Shown here: piece after piece, positions 38,862 through 48,293 of the stretch
Layout: the number at the start of each line of letters is the position of its first letter
How positions within the stretch are numbered: position 1 is the first letter of the stretch
Assembly: GCA_964507325.1 (NCBI GenBank)
Contig: CAZDQL010000009.1
Location: forward strand, 3,853-67,852
Reading direction: 5' to 3'
From: an uncultured Planctomycetaceae bacterium
Lineage (GTDB): Bacteria > Planctomycetota > UBA1135 > GCA-002686595
Length of the DNA stretch: 64,000 nucleotides
Translations under genes and position numbers: made by a program
Notes under the pieces: generated by a model
The model's database searches: none
What the model was told of the DNA's origin: nothing
The model's input: the letters and a program-made list of their open reading frames with translations, nothing else

Positions 38862-39734
38862 ATGATCGAGATCGCGCACCTGGGACGCCCGGAGGGCGAC
38901 GCGAGCGGATTCGAGGTGCTGCGCCGCGCGTTGGTCGCGCGCAACCCCGGGTACGACGTGGCCTGGCATTCCGAGTTGGGCGTGCTCGAGCCCCACCCGG
39001 AGCCGCGCGTGCTCTTCGTGCAGTCCGGAGAGGGGCGCGGTGCGATCTTCCGACCTGGAGCTGCCTCCGGGATTCTCTCGCCCCTCGCCGTCGGAGACGT
39101 CGTGCTCCTGCACCCCGGCGAGGGGCTGCAGTGCCACCAGTCCATCGACGTGCTGGCGTTCACGACCCCCGATCCCCTCCCCCCGGAAGCCCCCGGGTTC
39201 GTGCGCCCCGATCACGATCCTGAGATCACGGACACCCCCGGAGGGTGCGCGGAGGAGGAGGAAGCGTACCGGCGCATCCTCCTGACCTGGCGGCCCGACA
39301 AGGGTCCCTACGTCTACCACTCCCTGAACGCTCACCGGGTGCGCATCGCGGACTCCTTTTCGCACTACCACCCGCTCGAGGACGGCTTCGACGAGCTCTA
39401 CCTGGTGCAGGGGGTGTCGCCGGAGGCGCGCCTCTTGACGAGCGACCAGGTGGCGACGATCGAGGAGCCGGAGACGGTGACCCGCGAGCAGGCGGCGGGC
39501 CTCATCGACGAGCACCTGCTCGAGGCTGGAGACCTCGCCTTTCTGCCCCGCGGCACGATGCACCGCGGGCTCGGAGGTGTGCTGGCCCAGATCATCTCCG
39601 TGCCCGGCTTCCTGCCCGACTGCGAGATCGGCGTGGATCACCATCTGCGGGCGATCGAGGAGCGCCTCGGCCTCGAGGGCTCCGACGCCCTCCCCTTCCA
39701 CGAGTCAGCGTCGGACGAACCCGTGATCAAGTGA
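38862..39734 (+). CDS. cupin-like hypothetical protein
   Basis: 290 aa. It has a partial cupin motif (HYHPLEDGFDELYLVQG ... GDLAFLPRGTMHRG) and no signal peptide. Confidence 0.45.
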   Translation: MIEIAHLGRPEGDASGFEVLRRALVARNPGYDVAWHSELGVLEPHPEPRVLFVQSGEGRGAIFRPGAASGILSPLAVGDVVLLHPGEGLQCHQSIDVLAFTTPDPLPPEAPGFVRPDHDPEITDTPGGCAEEEEAYRRILLTWRPDKGPYVYHSLNAHRVRIADSFSHYHPLEDGFDELYLVQGVSPEARLLTSDQVATIEEPETVTREQAAGLIDEHLLEAGDLAFLPRGTMHRGLGGVLAQIISVPGFLPDCEIGVDHHLRAIEERLGLEGSDALPFHESASDEPVIK

Positions 39735-39772
39735 CGGGGCATGCGGATGCGCGTCACCCGCCCGCGCCGCCG

Positions 39773-42322
39773 CTATGGCCAGGGGGGCGAGTCGCGCTCG
39801 ATGAGCGCGCGCAGAGGCACGGCCGAGGGCGCGTACGGCCCCGGCTCGTTACCCAAGTCGTCCCAGAGCCCCGTGCCAACCGGCTTCCAGAGCACGTTGA
39901 TGTGCACCGCGTCCTCGTCGAGGCCGGAGTGCTCCGGGAGGTCGTTGATCAGGTTCAGGAAGCCCGGGATCGAGCCATCGGTCCAGGTGTACGTGCCCTC
40001 CGCACCGTGGTCCGAGAGGCCGATCCAGAAGGACTCGCTGTCCGAGAAGGTCTGCACCAACCAGTCGTTCTCCGCCTGGTCTTCGATCTTCACCAGGTAG
40101 CCGCCGAGGGCGCCCGCCTCTTGCTGCGCCGCCTTCCAGGTCGGTGTCCAGCCGGCGAACGCCGCGTCGGACCGCCCGAAGAAGCGGCCATCGGTGAGGC
40201 GGTACCAGTGGCCATTCTCCGGATTCAGGACCCAGGGCTGACGCTCGTGGAAGCGGAGCAGGCCGTTGCCCAGTCCCAGGCTCGCGACCTGCTCGCACGG
40301 CGCCCTGCGCAGCTTGCCGGCTGGGCCGGCGGCGTGGATCGCAGAGACCTCGGACGCGCTGAGGGCGCGCCCGAACAACGCCAGTTCGTCCACTGCTCCA
40401 CGGAAGCGCCGCCCGCCGTCGAAGTGCCAGAAGCCGATGTTGAGCGGACGATCGTTGGTCAGCAGCGCGCCGCTGGCCGGGGTTTGATCGACGAGGATCC
40501 CGTCCAGGTACGCACGCAGCTGGACGCCGTCGTAGGTGCCGGCCACGTGGTGCCAGGTGTCGTCCGTGATGCTGGGCAGCGCGACGACCGCCGGGCCGCC
40601 GGAGAAGCGGGCGCCAAACTGGAGGGCGCCCGTGCTCTGGACGCCCTGGAAGTACCACCCCGTGTCGTCCGGCTCTCCGTGGGACTTGTCGACGACCACG
40701 AAGGCGTCGTCGGAGGCACCGTCCTGCAGCGACGCCGCCCGCATCCAGAACTCGACCGTCAAGGCGGCAGTCGGGTCGAGGCTCGGGTCGTCGGGGATCG
40801 AGGCCTCGTCCAGGTCCTCGTCGAGGACGAGGGCGCGCCCCACCCTCCAGTCCGCGAAGCTCGTCGTAGGCGAGGGCACACCATCGTGCTGGGCGATCAA
40901 GTCTCCGAGGCCGCCCTCCATGGGCCACCAGGCGAGCGCCCCGAGAGGGCGCCAGGTGTGGGCGCCGCGCAGCTTGGACTTGCCTCGCGCGCCGCTGTTC
41001 CAGAGGGCGGCGACTTCGCCGGGATCGAGAGCGCGGCGATAGAGGGTCACCTCGTCGAGAGCGCCCCGCAGGGAGCGCCCGCCGGTCGCGCCGTGATAGC
41101 CGAAGTTCAATTGTCCCGCGTTGGCCGCCCGCGGAGTAGAGAGACCGTCGACGCGCGCCGCTTCGATCCCGTCCCAGTAGGTGACCAGCGCAGCGCCGTC
41201 GAAGGACCCGACCACGTGATGCCAGGCGTCGTCGAGGGGTAGCGGGAAGGGGACCTCGACCGTCGTGGCCGGAGCGCCTTGGAGCGCGACGCCGAAGCCG
41301 CCGAGCCCGGTGCCCGCCACACCCTGGAGGTACCAGCCGCTCGGGGCGAGGTCGTCGTGGGACTTGTCGATCAGGGTGAAGACGCCGTCGATATCCGCAC
41401 CGTCCTGTAGTGGGTTCGCGCGGACCCAGACCTCGATCGTGAACGCTTCGAGCTTGCGGAGACCACCGCCGTCGGCCACGAGCACCCCGGTGGTGACGCC
41501 GTGATCGAACGTGAAGGCGCGCTCCACCAGGCCCTGGTCCAAGCTCGTCGTGCCGAGCAGGACTCCGTCGCGCCGCCCCCAGAGGTCCCCGGCATCCCCC
41601 TCGCCGGGCCACCAGGACACGACGCCGGGCGGCGGCTTCGTGCACTCGTGGATGGGATCCGTCAGCGCGCGGCCGCAGATCGCCATGGCCAGGTCCAGGT
41701 CGGCGGGAGTCCAGGTGCTCCCGGGCGTCTCGGGGGCGAACGCGCTGTAGGGCAGGCCACCCTGCGAGGTGAGGCCGGTCTCCCAGAACCAGTCGTCGGT
41801 CCCCGCGCCGGTGTCGTTGAAGATCTGGACCCAGTAGGAGCCGGGATCGAGCAGGAGCGGTATCGAAGGGGTCAGGACGTACTGCCAGCGATCGACCCCG
41901 AAGAGGGTCGTCCCGGTCAGGGTGCGGAGGGCCGGGATCCCGCTCTCTTGGTAGAGCACCGTACCGGGAGTCGGCTCGCCCCCCTCGTGCAGGATCAGGG
42001 TGAAGTTGTCGGGCTGCGCGTCGCCGCCCGGGAAGTAGCCGCCCCAGAGGATGATCTCGCACAGCTCGAGGCGCTCACTGACCGCGAAGTTGTCGGCGAT
42101 CGATTGGGAGCCGCCGCAGGCATCGCAGCCGACGTCGGAGAAGAACCCGTTGTCATCGAAGAAGGGCTGGTGCAGGACTTCGACGTAGTCCTCGCCGCAG
42201 AGCATCGCACCGCCGGCGACCCGGCCGGTTCGGTCGTCACTCGGTCCGACCTGGAAGGGCCGTTGGGCGGCGGAGGACCCCGAGAGGGCCAAGCCGGCGA
42301 TGAGCAGGATGAATCGATTCAC
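39773..42322 (-). CDS. secreted protein with two LamG-like (concanavalin/Laminin_G_3) jelly-roll domains and a C-terminal C-type lectin-like domain
   Basis: Signal peptide (V)NRFILLIAGLALSGSSAAQ, with AGGAG 4 nt upstream of GTG at 42322 (the ORF-track ATG at 42358 is the alternative). LamG_3 pattern twice: LTVEFWMRA...DKSHG..GWYFQGV...DTWHHVAGTYDG..LRAYLDG; TIEVWVRA...DKSHD..GWYLQGV...DAWHHVVGSFDG. The C-terminal CTLD is WIGLSDHGAEGTYTWTDGS. Confidence 0.65.
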   Translation of the reverse strand: MNRFILLIAGLALSGSSAAQRPFQVGPSDDRTGRVAGGAMLCGEDYVEVLHQPFFDDNGFFSDVGCDACGGSQSIADNFAVSERLELCEIILWGGYFPGGDAQPDNFTLILHEGGEPTPGTVLYQESGIPALRTLTGTTLFGVDRWQYVLTPSIPLLLDPGSYWVQIFNDTGAGTDDWFWETGLTSQGGLPYSAFAPETPGSTWTPADLDLAMAICGRALTDPIHECTKPPPGVVSWWPGEGDAGDLWGRRDGVLLGTTSLDQGLVERAFTFDHGVTTGVLVADGGGLRKLEAFTIEVWVRANPLQDGADIDGVFTLIDKSHDDLAPSGWYLQGVAGTGLGGFGVALQGAPATTVEVPFPLPLDDAWHHVVGSFDGAALVTYWDGIEAARVDGLSTPRAANAGQLNFGYHGATGGRSLRGALDEVTLYRRALDPGEVAALWNSGARGKSKLRGAHTWRPLGALAWWPMEGGLGDLIAQHDGVPSPTTSFADWRVGRALVLDEDLDEASIPDDPSLDPTAALTVEFWMRAASLQDGASDDAFVVVDKSHGEPDDTGWYFQGVQSTGALQFGARFSGGPAVVALPSITDDTWHHVAGTYDGVQLRAYLDGILVDQTPASGALLTNDRPLNIGFWHFDGGRRFRGAVDELALFGRALSASEVSAIHAAGPAGKLRRAPCEQVASLGLGNGLLRFHERQPWVLNPENGHWYRLTDGRFFGRSDAAFAGWTPTWKAAQQEAGALGGYLVKIEDQAENDWLVQTFSDSESFWIGLSDHGAEGTYTWTDGSIPGFLNLINDLPEHSGLDEDAVHINVLWKPVGTGLWDDLGNEPGPYAPSAVPLRALIERDSPPWP

Positions 42323-42329
42323 GGGGCTC

Positions 42330-43616
42330 CTAGAAGGGAAGATGGTCACGCAGGGCATCGAGCGCAGCCTGTGCGTCAGGAGTCAGCAGGCCTTCGAGCA
42401 GGTTGTTGGTCTCGTGGGGATCGTGCCGCAGGTCGTAGAACTCCTCGGGCGGGTATCCGTACGAGGTGTGGAGCTTCCAGCGGTCGTCGCGGATCGCCCG
42501 CCGGTGGTTGAGGCCGTAGGGCGCGCCCGAGGGGAAGATCTCCGAGTAGAGGTAGCGCGGAGCGAGCTGCGCCCCGCCGATCTCCTGGGCCATGCTGACT
42601 CCATCGAAGTACTCGGATTCGTAGGGAATGTCGAGCAGATCGAGCACCGTCGGAGCGAAATCGACCACCGAGAGCATGTGCGAGCTCACACCGGGAGCCA
42701 CGCCGTGGCCGACCGCGTACCCAAGCGCCCGAAGACCTGACTCGTAGACCGTCCACTTGCCGCCGAACGGCTGGGTCTTGCCGTTGTCGGAGGTGATGAA
42801 CATCGTGTAGTCGTTGGCCAACACCTCGGGGAGAAGCCGGCCCAGCTCGGTGTCGACCGCTTCGATCATCGCCTCGTACTGATCGCCACGGTCGCAATCG
42901 GTGACGGGCGCGAGGTCTGGCGGCGGACAGTGCAGCGGGCCGTGGGGAGCGTGGAGGTTGACCACGATCAGGTCCGTCCCGGCCTGCACCTCGGTGATCG
43001 CGTCGTCGATGGTGTCGGTCGTGATGTACCCCGTTCGCGGCATCGCCGCGCCGTCGACGATCTTGATCCACTGGAAGTACGACCACTCCCCCGACCAGCT
43101 CAGATTGCCCTCGGTCCCGGCCCAGTGGGTGTAGCCGCAATCGAGCGGGTGGTCGAAGTGGAACCCGACGGCGAGGTGCCACTTGCCCAGGGTGGTCGCC
43201 GTCTTCCCCTCGGCCGTGACGCGAGCGGGCAGGTGGCGCGGATCTGGAACGAGCTCGAAGATCCCGGACTCACGCACGTTCGACCCCATGCGGTTCTCGG
43301 GGCGGAACGCGAACCTCCCCGTGACGAGGCCCGCACGCTGGGCGGAGCAGGAAGGCGCCCCCCAGCTCACCGGATAGGTCCGTCCGATCGCCGCGATCTG
43401 GTCCAGCACAGGGGTTGGCGCCTTGGCGATCTCCTGCGGCCCGACGTCGTCCAGCACGACGATGACGACGCCTTCGGGAGCCGTGTCCCCCACCGACTTG
43501 GGGATCGCCGCCCAGGGCGAGACGTCGGGGACAGGGGGGTCCTGGCCTCCGAGGGGGCCGCTGACCGCCATCGGCGACAGGGCCAAGACCGCGCTGAGCG
43601 CGTTCCACAGATTCAT
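42330..43616 (-). CDS. sulfatase-like hydrolase (alkaline-phosphatase superfamily) with non-canonical active-site motif
   Basis: Signal peptide MNLWNALSAVLALSPMAVSG. The sulfatase N-terminal block is GVVIVVLDDVG. The position of the FGly motif reads SCSAQRAGLVTGRF (C-S-A-Q-R instead of C-x-P-x-R). GKWHL is present, and the C-terminus has FYDLRHDPHETNNL. Confidence 0.7.
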   Translation of the reverse strand: MNLWNALSAVLALSPMAVSGPLGGQDPPVPDVSPWAAIPKSVGDTAPEGVVIVVLDDVGPQEIAKAPTPVLDQIAAIGRTYPVSWGAPSCSAQRAGLVTGRFAFRPENRMGSNVRESGIFELVPDPRHLPARVTAEGKTATTLGKWHLAVGFHFDHPLDCGYTHWAGTEGNLSWSGEWSYFQWIKIVDGAAMPRTGYITTDTIDDAITEVQAGTDLIVVNLHAPHGPLHCPPPDLAPVTDCDRGDQYEAMIEAVDTELGRLLPEVLANDYTMFITSDNGKTQPFGGKWTVYESGLRALGYAVGHGVAPGVSSHMLSVVDFAPTVLDLLDIPYESEYFDGVSMAQEIGGAQLAPRYLYSEIFPSGAPYGLNHRRAIRDDRWKLHTSYGYPPEEFYDLRHDPHETNNLLEGLLTPDAQAALDALRDHLPF

Positions 43617-43957
43617 AGGGCCGGCAATAAGGTAGGAGAAGACCCGAGCGGAGTGGCGGCTGGCCGCGTGGGGGGATCGGCAGCTTCCAGACTCACGATC
43701 GAGGGCGGTGAGGACTCCCGGTGCGGGGTCCCGCCAGCCTATCAGGAGGCCGGCGGCGTGGGGCTGGTTCCACGCGGGGGCTCGCTCGGCACTAAGGGAT
43801 ATTCCTGTCTCGGAGGGACATGGGAGGGACACCAGACCTGGAGGAGACCGACGACTGGGTCCGGGACTGCCGTCGAGGCCGGTTCCGGCAGGCCGACCAT
43901 TCAGACCCTACGGGCGTGCTGGAGAAGAACGTGGCTCCGCACCTCTCCACACCTCGA

Positions 43958-46900
43958 CTACCCCCACTCGCACAGACCCCGGACGTACTCCGCCGAGCCG
44001 TCGTTCAGCCAGGCGTCGAGCTGGGCTGGGTCCTTGAGCTGCTGCCCGCGCAGGCGCGAGACCACGAAGAAACCGCAATTCGCCTCCGGGAGGATCGTCA
44101 GATCGCCCCATAGCTTCTCGAACTGGGTGACCGGGAAGATGTCCTCCTGGCCGTGCCCCCAGCGCTTCTTCACGTCCTTGATCGTCAGGTACGTGGGCAG
44201 GCGGCCGGAGAGCGCGCGCAGCGCCCCGCTCAGTTGGGCGCCGTCCTGCGCGAGGATGTCGTCGCGGTCGAGCCCGATGACGGCGAGGAACTGGTCGATG
44301 TCGATCCAGGTGGTCATCGAGTTGTAGTACGAGAGGTCGAACTCCGCTTCCTCGGTGGGCATGGCCAGGCCCTCAACCAGCCGCGGCCGGCCGTCGACCC
44401 GGGCGAGACCCCCGCCGCGATCCTCGAGACGGCGGGAGATCACCTCGAAGGTCAGGCCGTGCCCGGCCTGCCGGTGCCGGCCGAGGAGGGCGGGATCCAC
44501 GTCGGCCCCGAGCGTGTCGATGTTGTGGAGGAGGAGGGTCCTGAGCTGCGGCCGCTCCTCGAGCAGCGTCCGCAGCGTCCCGTTCAGGATGAGGTTGGGG
44601 ACCTCGAAGAAGTGCCCCACCGGATGGAGGCATTGCAGCGGCAGGTTGTCGGTGTAGTCGGCCGCTTCTCCCGCGCTCTTGGCCCAGCCGATGAGGGCCG
44701 CGCGCGCGGAGTCGCGGACCTTCTGCTGCTGCTCGTCCAGGAGTTGCTGCGGCATGTCCTCCCAGGCGAAGCGCAGATCGCGCTCAGTGGGGACCATGCG
44801 CAGACCCACGCTGCGTCCCGGCGAGACGAAGAGCGGACCCTCGTAGCGGTAGTTCTCCACGCTGGCGAGGAAGTCCTGCGTCGGCCCCGTGGTGAGGTAG
44901 GAGGTGGTGAAGACGTGCGGCAGCGCGCTGCCGTGGCGGCTGGCCGCGCGCCGCGACTTCGCCAGATGGGTCTCGATGAAGGTCCGATACGACCCGTCGA
45001 GCGGCGCGTAGGGGCTGAGCGCCTTGCACGTGCCCGCCCCTCCCGTCCAGCGCGACCCGGCCCCCGCCGCCAGCGTCACCACCGCCACCTCCCCCGCCGC
45101 CAGCGCGGCTGCGCCCAGCTCGGCCGCTGCGGCGAGGTGCGCGCTCCCGGCGTCCGGCGCGGAGAGGTCGATGACGTCCTCGCGCGAGACGTCCTCGATG
45201 CGCGCCCCCGGGGGGAGCCGGTTGGCGGCCAGACCGATCGAGCCCGCGAGGAGATCTGCCCGGATCTGCCCGTGGAGATCGGAGTCGAATCCGTTCTCCG
45301 CGAGCAGCCGCTCCAACTCCCCCCCCGATTCACCGCTCTCCAGAGCAGCGGAGTCCGCCGGCTCGCGCTCGCCGCGGGTGAGTCTGTGGTACCCCTCTGG
45401 GAGAGCCGAGTCCGAGTCGGGCAAGAGGGTGGCGGTGGTTCCGTGCGGGTTGATCGAGAAGAAGTAGACCACCGGGTCCATGGCGAAGGGCAAGGCGAAC
45501 TGCAGCCGGGTCTTCGTCTCCAGCATGATCCGGTGCAGGACCTCCTGCGCCTCCGCCTTGCGCTCGGGAGCGAAGATGAAGCCCATCCCTCCGCCGGACA
45601 TCCCGCCCAGCATCCAGAAGCCCCAGAAGTCCGCGCCGAAGGCCTCCTCGGCCCGCGCGATCAGGGTCTCCGTGAACAGGTTCGTGGACCAGGGGATGAT
45701 CGTCTGGATGGGACCGCGGAAGTTGCGCGTCGTCGCGCGTCCCAGAGCCCTGATGTCGCCCCGCTTCAGGGCGTCGATCAACTCCTCGAGCAGGGCCAGT
45801 GCTTCCCGTCGAGCGTCCCACTCCGCCGCGGACCGCAACAGGTACTTCTCCGTGACCATCTCGAGGATGGGCCCGACGTTCTGCGCCATCCCGCCGTGCA
45901 CCAGCACGAGCGAATCCTGTAGGGCCTGCCGCGAGGAGGCCGGGATCTCCTCCTCGTCGAAGACGTGGTGCGCCGGCATGAGGCGCCCACGCGAGACACC
46001 GAACTCGGGGTCCTCCTCCGTCGCCGCCTGACCGGTGATGAGCTTGATCCCCGGCCACACGCCGCCCGAGTCCTGCCAGCCTCCGCCCGAACCGCCGATC
46101 CACTCCCCGAGGATTGCCCGGGCCAGGATCAGCCGTCTCTCGTTCTCCTGCAGCGGTCCGGTGAGCGACCGCGTCTGCCCCGTGGCGCGCATCAGCACCC
46201 CGATGAGCGCCGCGAGCAGGTTCGTGGACACCGCCAGCCGCGAGCCCTTCGGAATGCCGTTCACGGCGGATACGAGCTCGAGCCCCCTGCCCCGACCGAC
46301 CATCTGGGCCAGGAGGCTCTCGAGCCGCCTGCCCGACCCCTCGATCCCCGGCGGGACGACGCCCGCCGCGATCACCGCGGCCTTCAGGAGACCGAGGTAG
46401 TCCTTCGCGAAATCGAAGACCTCCCCCAGGTTGTCGATCCTGGCGGTCGCCTCGAGATCGACCGAAGTGAGGACGAGCGCCGGCTCGTCGATCACGCGCA
46501 GGTAGGCCTCGATCGGTGGCCGTGGTGCCGCGTCGCGGCCGTGCACCCCGAGGTCGATCGACACGTTCAGCACCCGGGCGCCCTCCGGGTAGTCCATCCC
46601 CAGGAAGAAGATGTCGGACCAGCCCGAGTGGGAGAGGTCCATGCGCACCGGGGTCTGCTCGCGCAGGACGGCCCGCGTTCCATCCGGGCCCGCGTCCGCG
46701 AGCTCGGGCACGATCCGCAGGGGATGGTCGGCGGGATGCCCCATGCGGAACATCCACTGGTTCCCGCGCACCGTCCGCACGGAGCGGCGCACCTGGTCGG
46801 CGAGCGTCTGAAAGGCGAGTTGATGGTAGGCCGAGGCCAGCGCCGATGAGAGCGAGTCACCGGGCCCCTGCTCCGACACCGCCGCCAGGAACGTGTCGAG

Positions 46901-47185
46901 CGCCTCCGCGAAGCGGCGATTCAGCAGGTGCTCATAGCCTTGGAAGGGGATGCGGCCGATCCGATCGGCGGGCAGCTCGGGCGGCAGGTGGAAGCGGTGA
47001 ATGGCGTACAGGAAGAAGAGCGCGCGCACCCGCTCGTAGAGGTTGTCCGCCTCCCGCCGGTACCAATCGAGCGCCTCGGCTTCCCGCAGCAACTCGTCGA
47101 GCGAGAGGCCCCTGCAGGCTTCCGCCAGGGAGGTGTCGCGCAGCGAGGCCTCCCCGGTGGTGATGACGTCGATGAGCCTGGACAT
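43958..47185 (-). CDS. large fusion protein: N-terminal domain of unknown function + GHMP sugar-kinase domain + C-terminal UDP-sugar pyrophosphorylase (UDPGP/UAP1-like) domain
   Basis: 1076 aa. The start ATG overlaps the stop of the upstream GalU-like gene (ATGA). The GHMP N motif is [20 protein letters not shown]. The GHMP C motif is [19 protein letters not shown]. The UDPGP-like block is [24 protein letters not shown]...[16 protein letters not shown]. Confidence 0.55.
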   Translation of the reverse strand: MSRLIDVITTGEASLRDTSLAEACRGLSLDELLREAEALDWYRREADNLYERVRALFFLYAIHRFHLPPELPADRIGRIPFQGYEHLLNRRFAEALDTFLAAVSEQGPGDSLSSALASAYHQLAFQTLADQVRRSVRTVRGNQWMFRMGHPADHPLRIVPELADAGPDGTRAVLREQTPVRMDLSHSGWSDIFFLGMDYPEGARVLNVSIDLGVHGRDAAPRPPIEAYLRVIDEPALVLTSVDLEATARIDNLGEVFDFAKDYLGLLKAAVIAAGVVPPGIEGSGRRLESLLAQMVGRGRGLELVSAVNGIPKGSRLAVSTNLLAALIGVLMRATGQTRSLTGPLQENERRLILARAILGEWIGGSGGGWQDSGGVWPGIKLITGQAATEEDPEFGVSRGRLMPAHHVFDEEEIPASSRQALQDSLVLVHGGMAQNVGPILEMVTEKYLLRSAAEWDARREALALLEELIDALKRGDIRALGRATTRNFRGPIQTIIPWSTNLFTETLIARAEEAFGADFWGFWMLGGMSGGGMGFIFAPERKAEAQEVLHRIMLETKTRLQFALPFAMDPVVYFFSINPHGTTATLLPDSDSALPEGYHRLTRGEREPADSAALESGESGGELERLLAENGFDSDLHGQIRADLLAGSIGLAANRLPPGARIEDVSREDVIDLSAPDAGSAHLAAAAELGAAALAAGEVAVVTLAAGAGSRWTGGAGTCKALSPYAPLDGSYRTFIETHLAKSRRAASRHGSALPHVFTTSYLTTGPTQDFLASVENYRYEGPLFVSPGRSVGLRMVPTERDLRFAWEDMPQQLLDEQQQKVRDSARAALIGWAKSAGEAADYTDNLPLQCLHPVGHFFEVPNLILNGTLRTLLEERPQLRTLLLHNIDTLGADVDPALLGRHRQAGHGLTFEVISRRLEDRGGGLARVDGRPRLVEGLAMPTEEAEFDLSYYNSMTTWIDIDQFLAVIGLDRDDILAQDGAQLSGALRALSGRLPTYLTIKDVKKRWGHGQEDIFPVTQFEKLWGDLTILPEANCGFFVVSRLRGQQLKDPAQLDAWLNDGSAEYVRGLCEWG

Positions 47186-48045
47186 CACGACCGGGACTGC
47201 GCGGCGATCTCGATGATGTCGGTGAGGACCTCGTCGCGGTGTGGGCCGGCCAGCGCCAGCGAGAGCTGCGCCCGTAGGAGCCCGTACGGTTCTCCGATGT
47301 TGAAGCGTTGGCCCGCCAGCTCGGTGGCGAGGTACTTCCCAGCTCGGGCGAGGTGATCGAGGGTCGGGGTCAGGCCCAGCACATTCCCCGCTCTCAGAAG
47401 GGAGACCGCTCGGTCGAGGTGCTCCATCACCCCGACGGTGAGCGTGTGCATGCCGAAGAAGCAGAGGTAGTTGCCCGCCCGCAGCCCGGGAATGATGAGC
47501 TCCTGCTCCGCCAGCGTCGGAGTGGGTTTCTCCACGACGGAGTGCACCTCGAAGATCGAGGGCGCCGAGGGAATCCTGGTGGCGCCGATCGTGCCGTAGA
47601 GGTGGAGCTTGCTCTCGTGCGTCGGGTTCACCGCGGAGACGCATCCGTTGTGCGTGGCGGAGAGCTCGAGCAGCTGAGCCACGCAGGACGACTCCGCGTG
47701 ACTCAGGTAGAGGTGGTCTCCCACCAGCAGGACGAAGCGATCGCGGCCGGTGAACTCGCGAGCACACCAGACCGCGTGGCCGTAGCCGCGCGGTTCGTCC
47801 TGCTCGATCAAGCTCAGGCGATCGGCGTGGCGGCCCGCGGCTTGCAGATAGGCCGACCGGGTGCCCGGGAAGATGATCACCGCCGCCGACTCCAGGCCGG
47901 TGGAGAAGAGGTCATCCAGGATGATCTCGAGCGCCGTCTTGGCGATGCCCTCCGAGTCCACCATCGTCTGCAGCGGGAGGTGATGCTCCGTCGGGCTGGC
48001 CGCCGTGACGACGGCCTTGGTGGGGATCTTCGGCGGGGAGGTCAT
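47185..48045 (-). CDS. GalU/GalF-like UTP-glucose-1-phosphate uridylyltransferase homologue with degenerate nucleotide-binding signature
   Basis: The central GalU blocks are conserved ([33 protein letters not shown]). The N-terminal G-L-G-T-R loop is replaced by [15 protein letters not shown]. Confidence 0.6.
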   Translation of the reverse strand: MTSPPKIPTKAVVTAASPTEHHLPLQTMVDSEGIAKTALEIILDDLFSTGLESAAVIIFPGTRSAYLQAAGRHADRLSLIEQDEPRGYGHAVWCAREFTGRDRFVLLVGDHLYLSHAESSCVAQLLELSATHNGCVSAVNPTHESKLHLYGTIGATRIPSAPSIFEVHSVVEKPTPTLAEQELIIPGLRAGNYLCFFGMHTLTVGVMEHLDRAVSLLRAGNVLGLTPTLDHLARAGKYLATELAGQRFNIGEPYGLLRAQLSLALAGPHRDEVLTDIIEIAAQSRS

Positions 48046-48293
48046 CGTGCGGATAGCCGGAGGGCGAGGATGTCGAGCGTCCCAGGTCGTGCGCAGGTTG
48101 CGGCCTCGCTGCCGCGAACGCCGGGCGACCGGGCGGTCCGCTGGGGAGCCCCGGATCCCGGGGATGGCGATCGAAACGAGGGAGCCACGTCACCGAGGCT
48201 ACCAGAGGGGACCCCGGACGGGCCGGCGCGTCCGCGACGGGCTTTCCCAGCCTGGGATCGCCGGGATACCCGGTGCCGCGCTGCGCTACGCGC

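Noticed and set aside
42323-42358. ATG at 42358 as the start of the LamG/CTLD gene (overlapping the sulfatase stop)
   Set aside because: GTG at 42322 has an AGGAG 4 nt upstream and yields a canonical signal peptide. The longer form adds an odd 12-residue extension. Either is possible.
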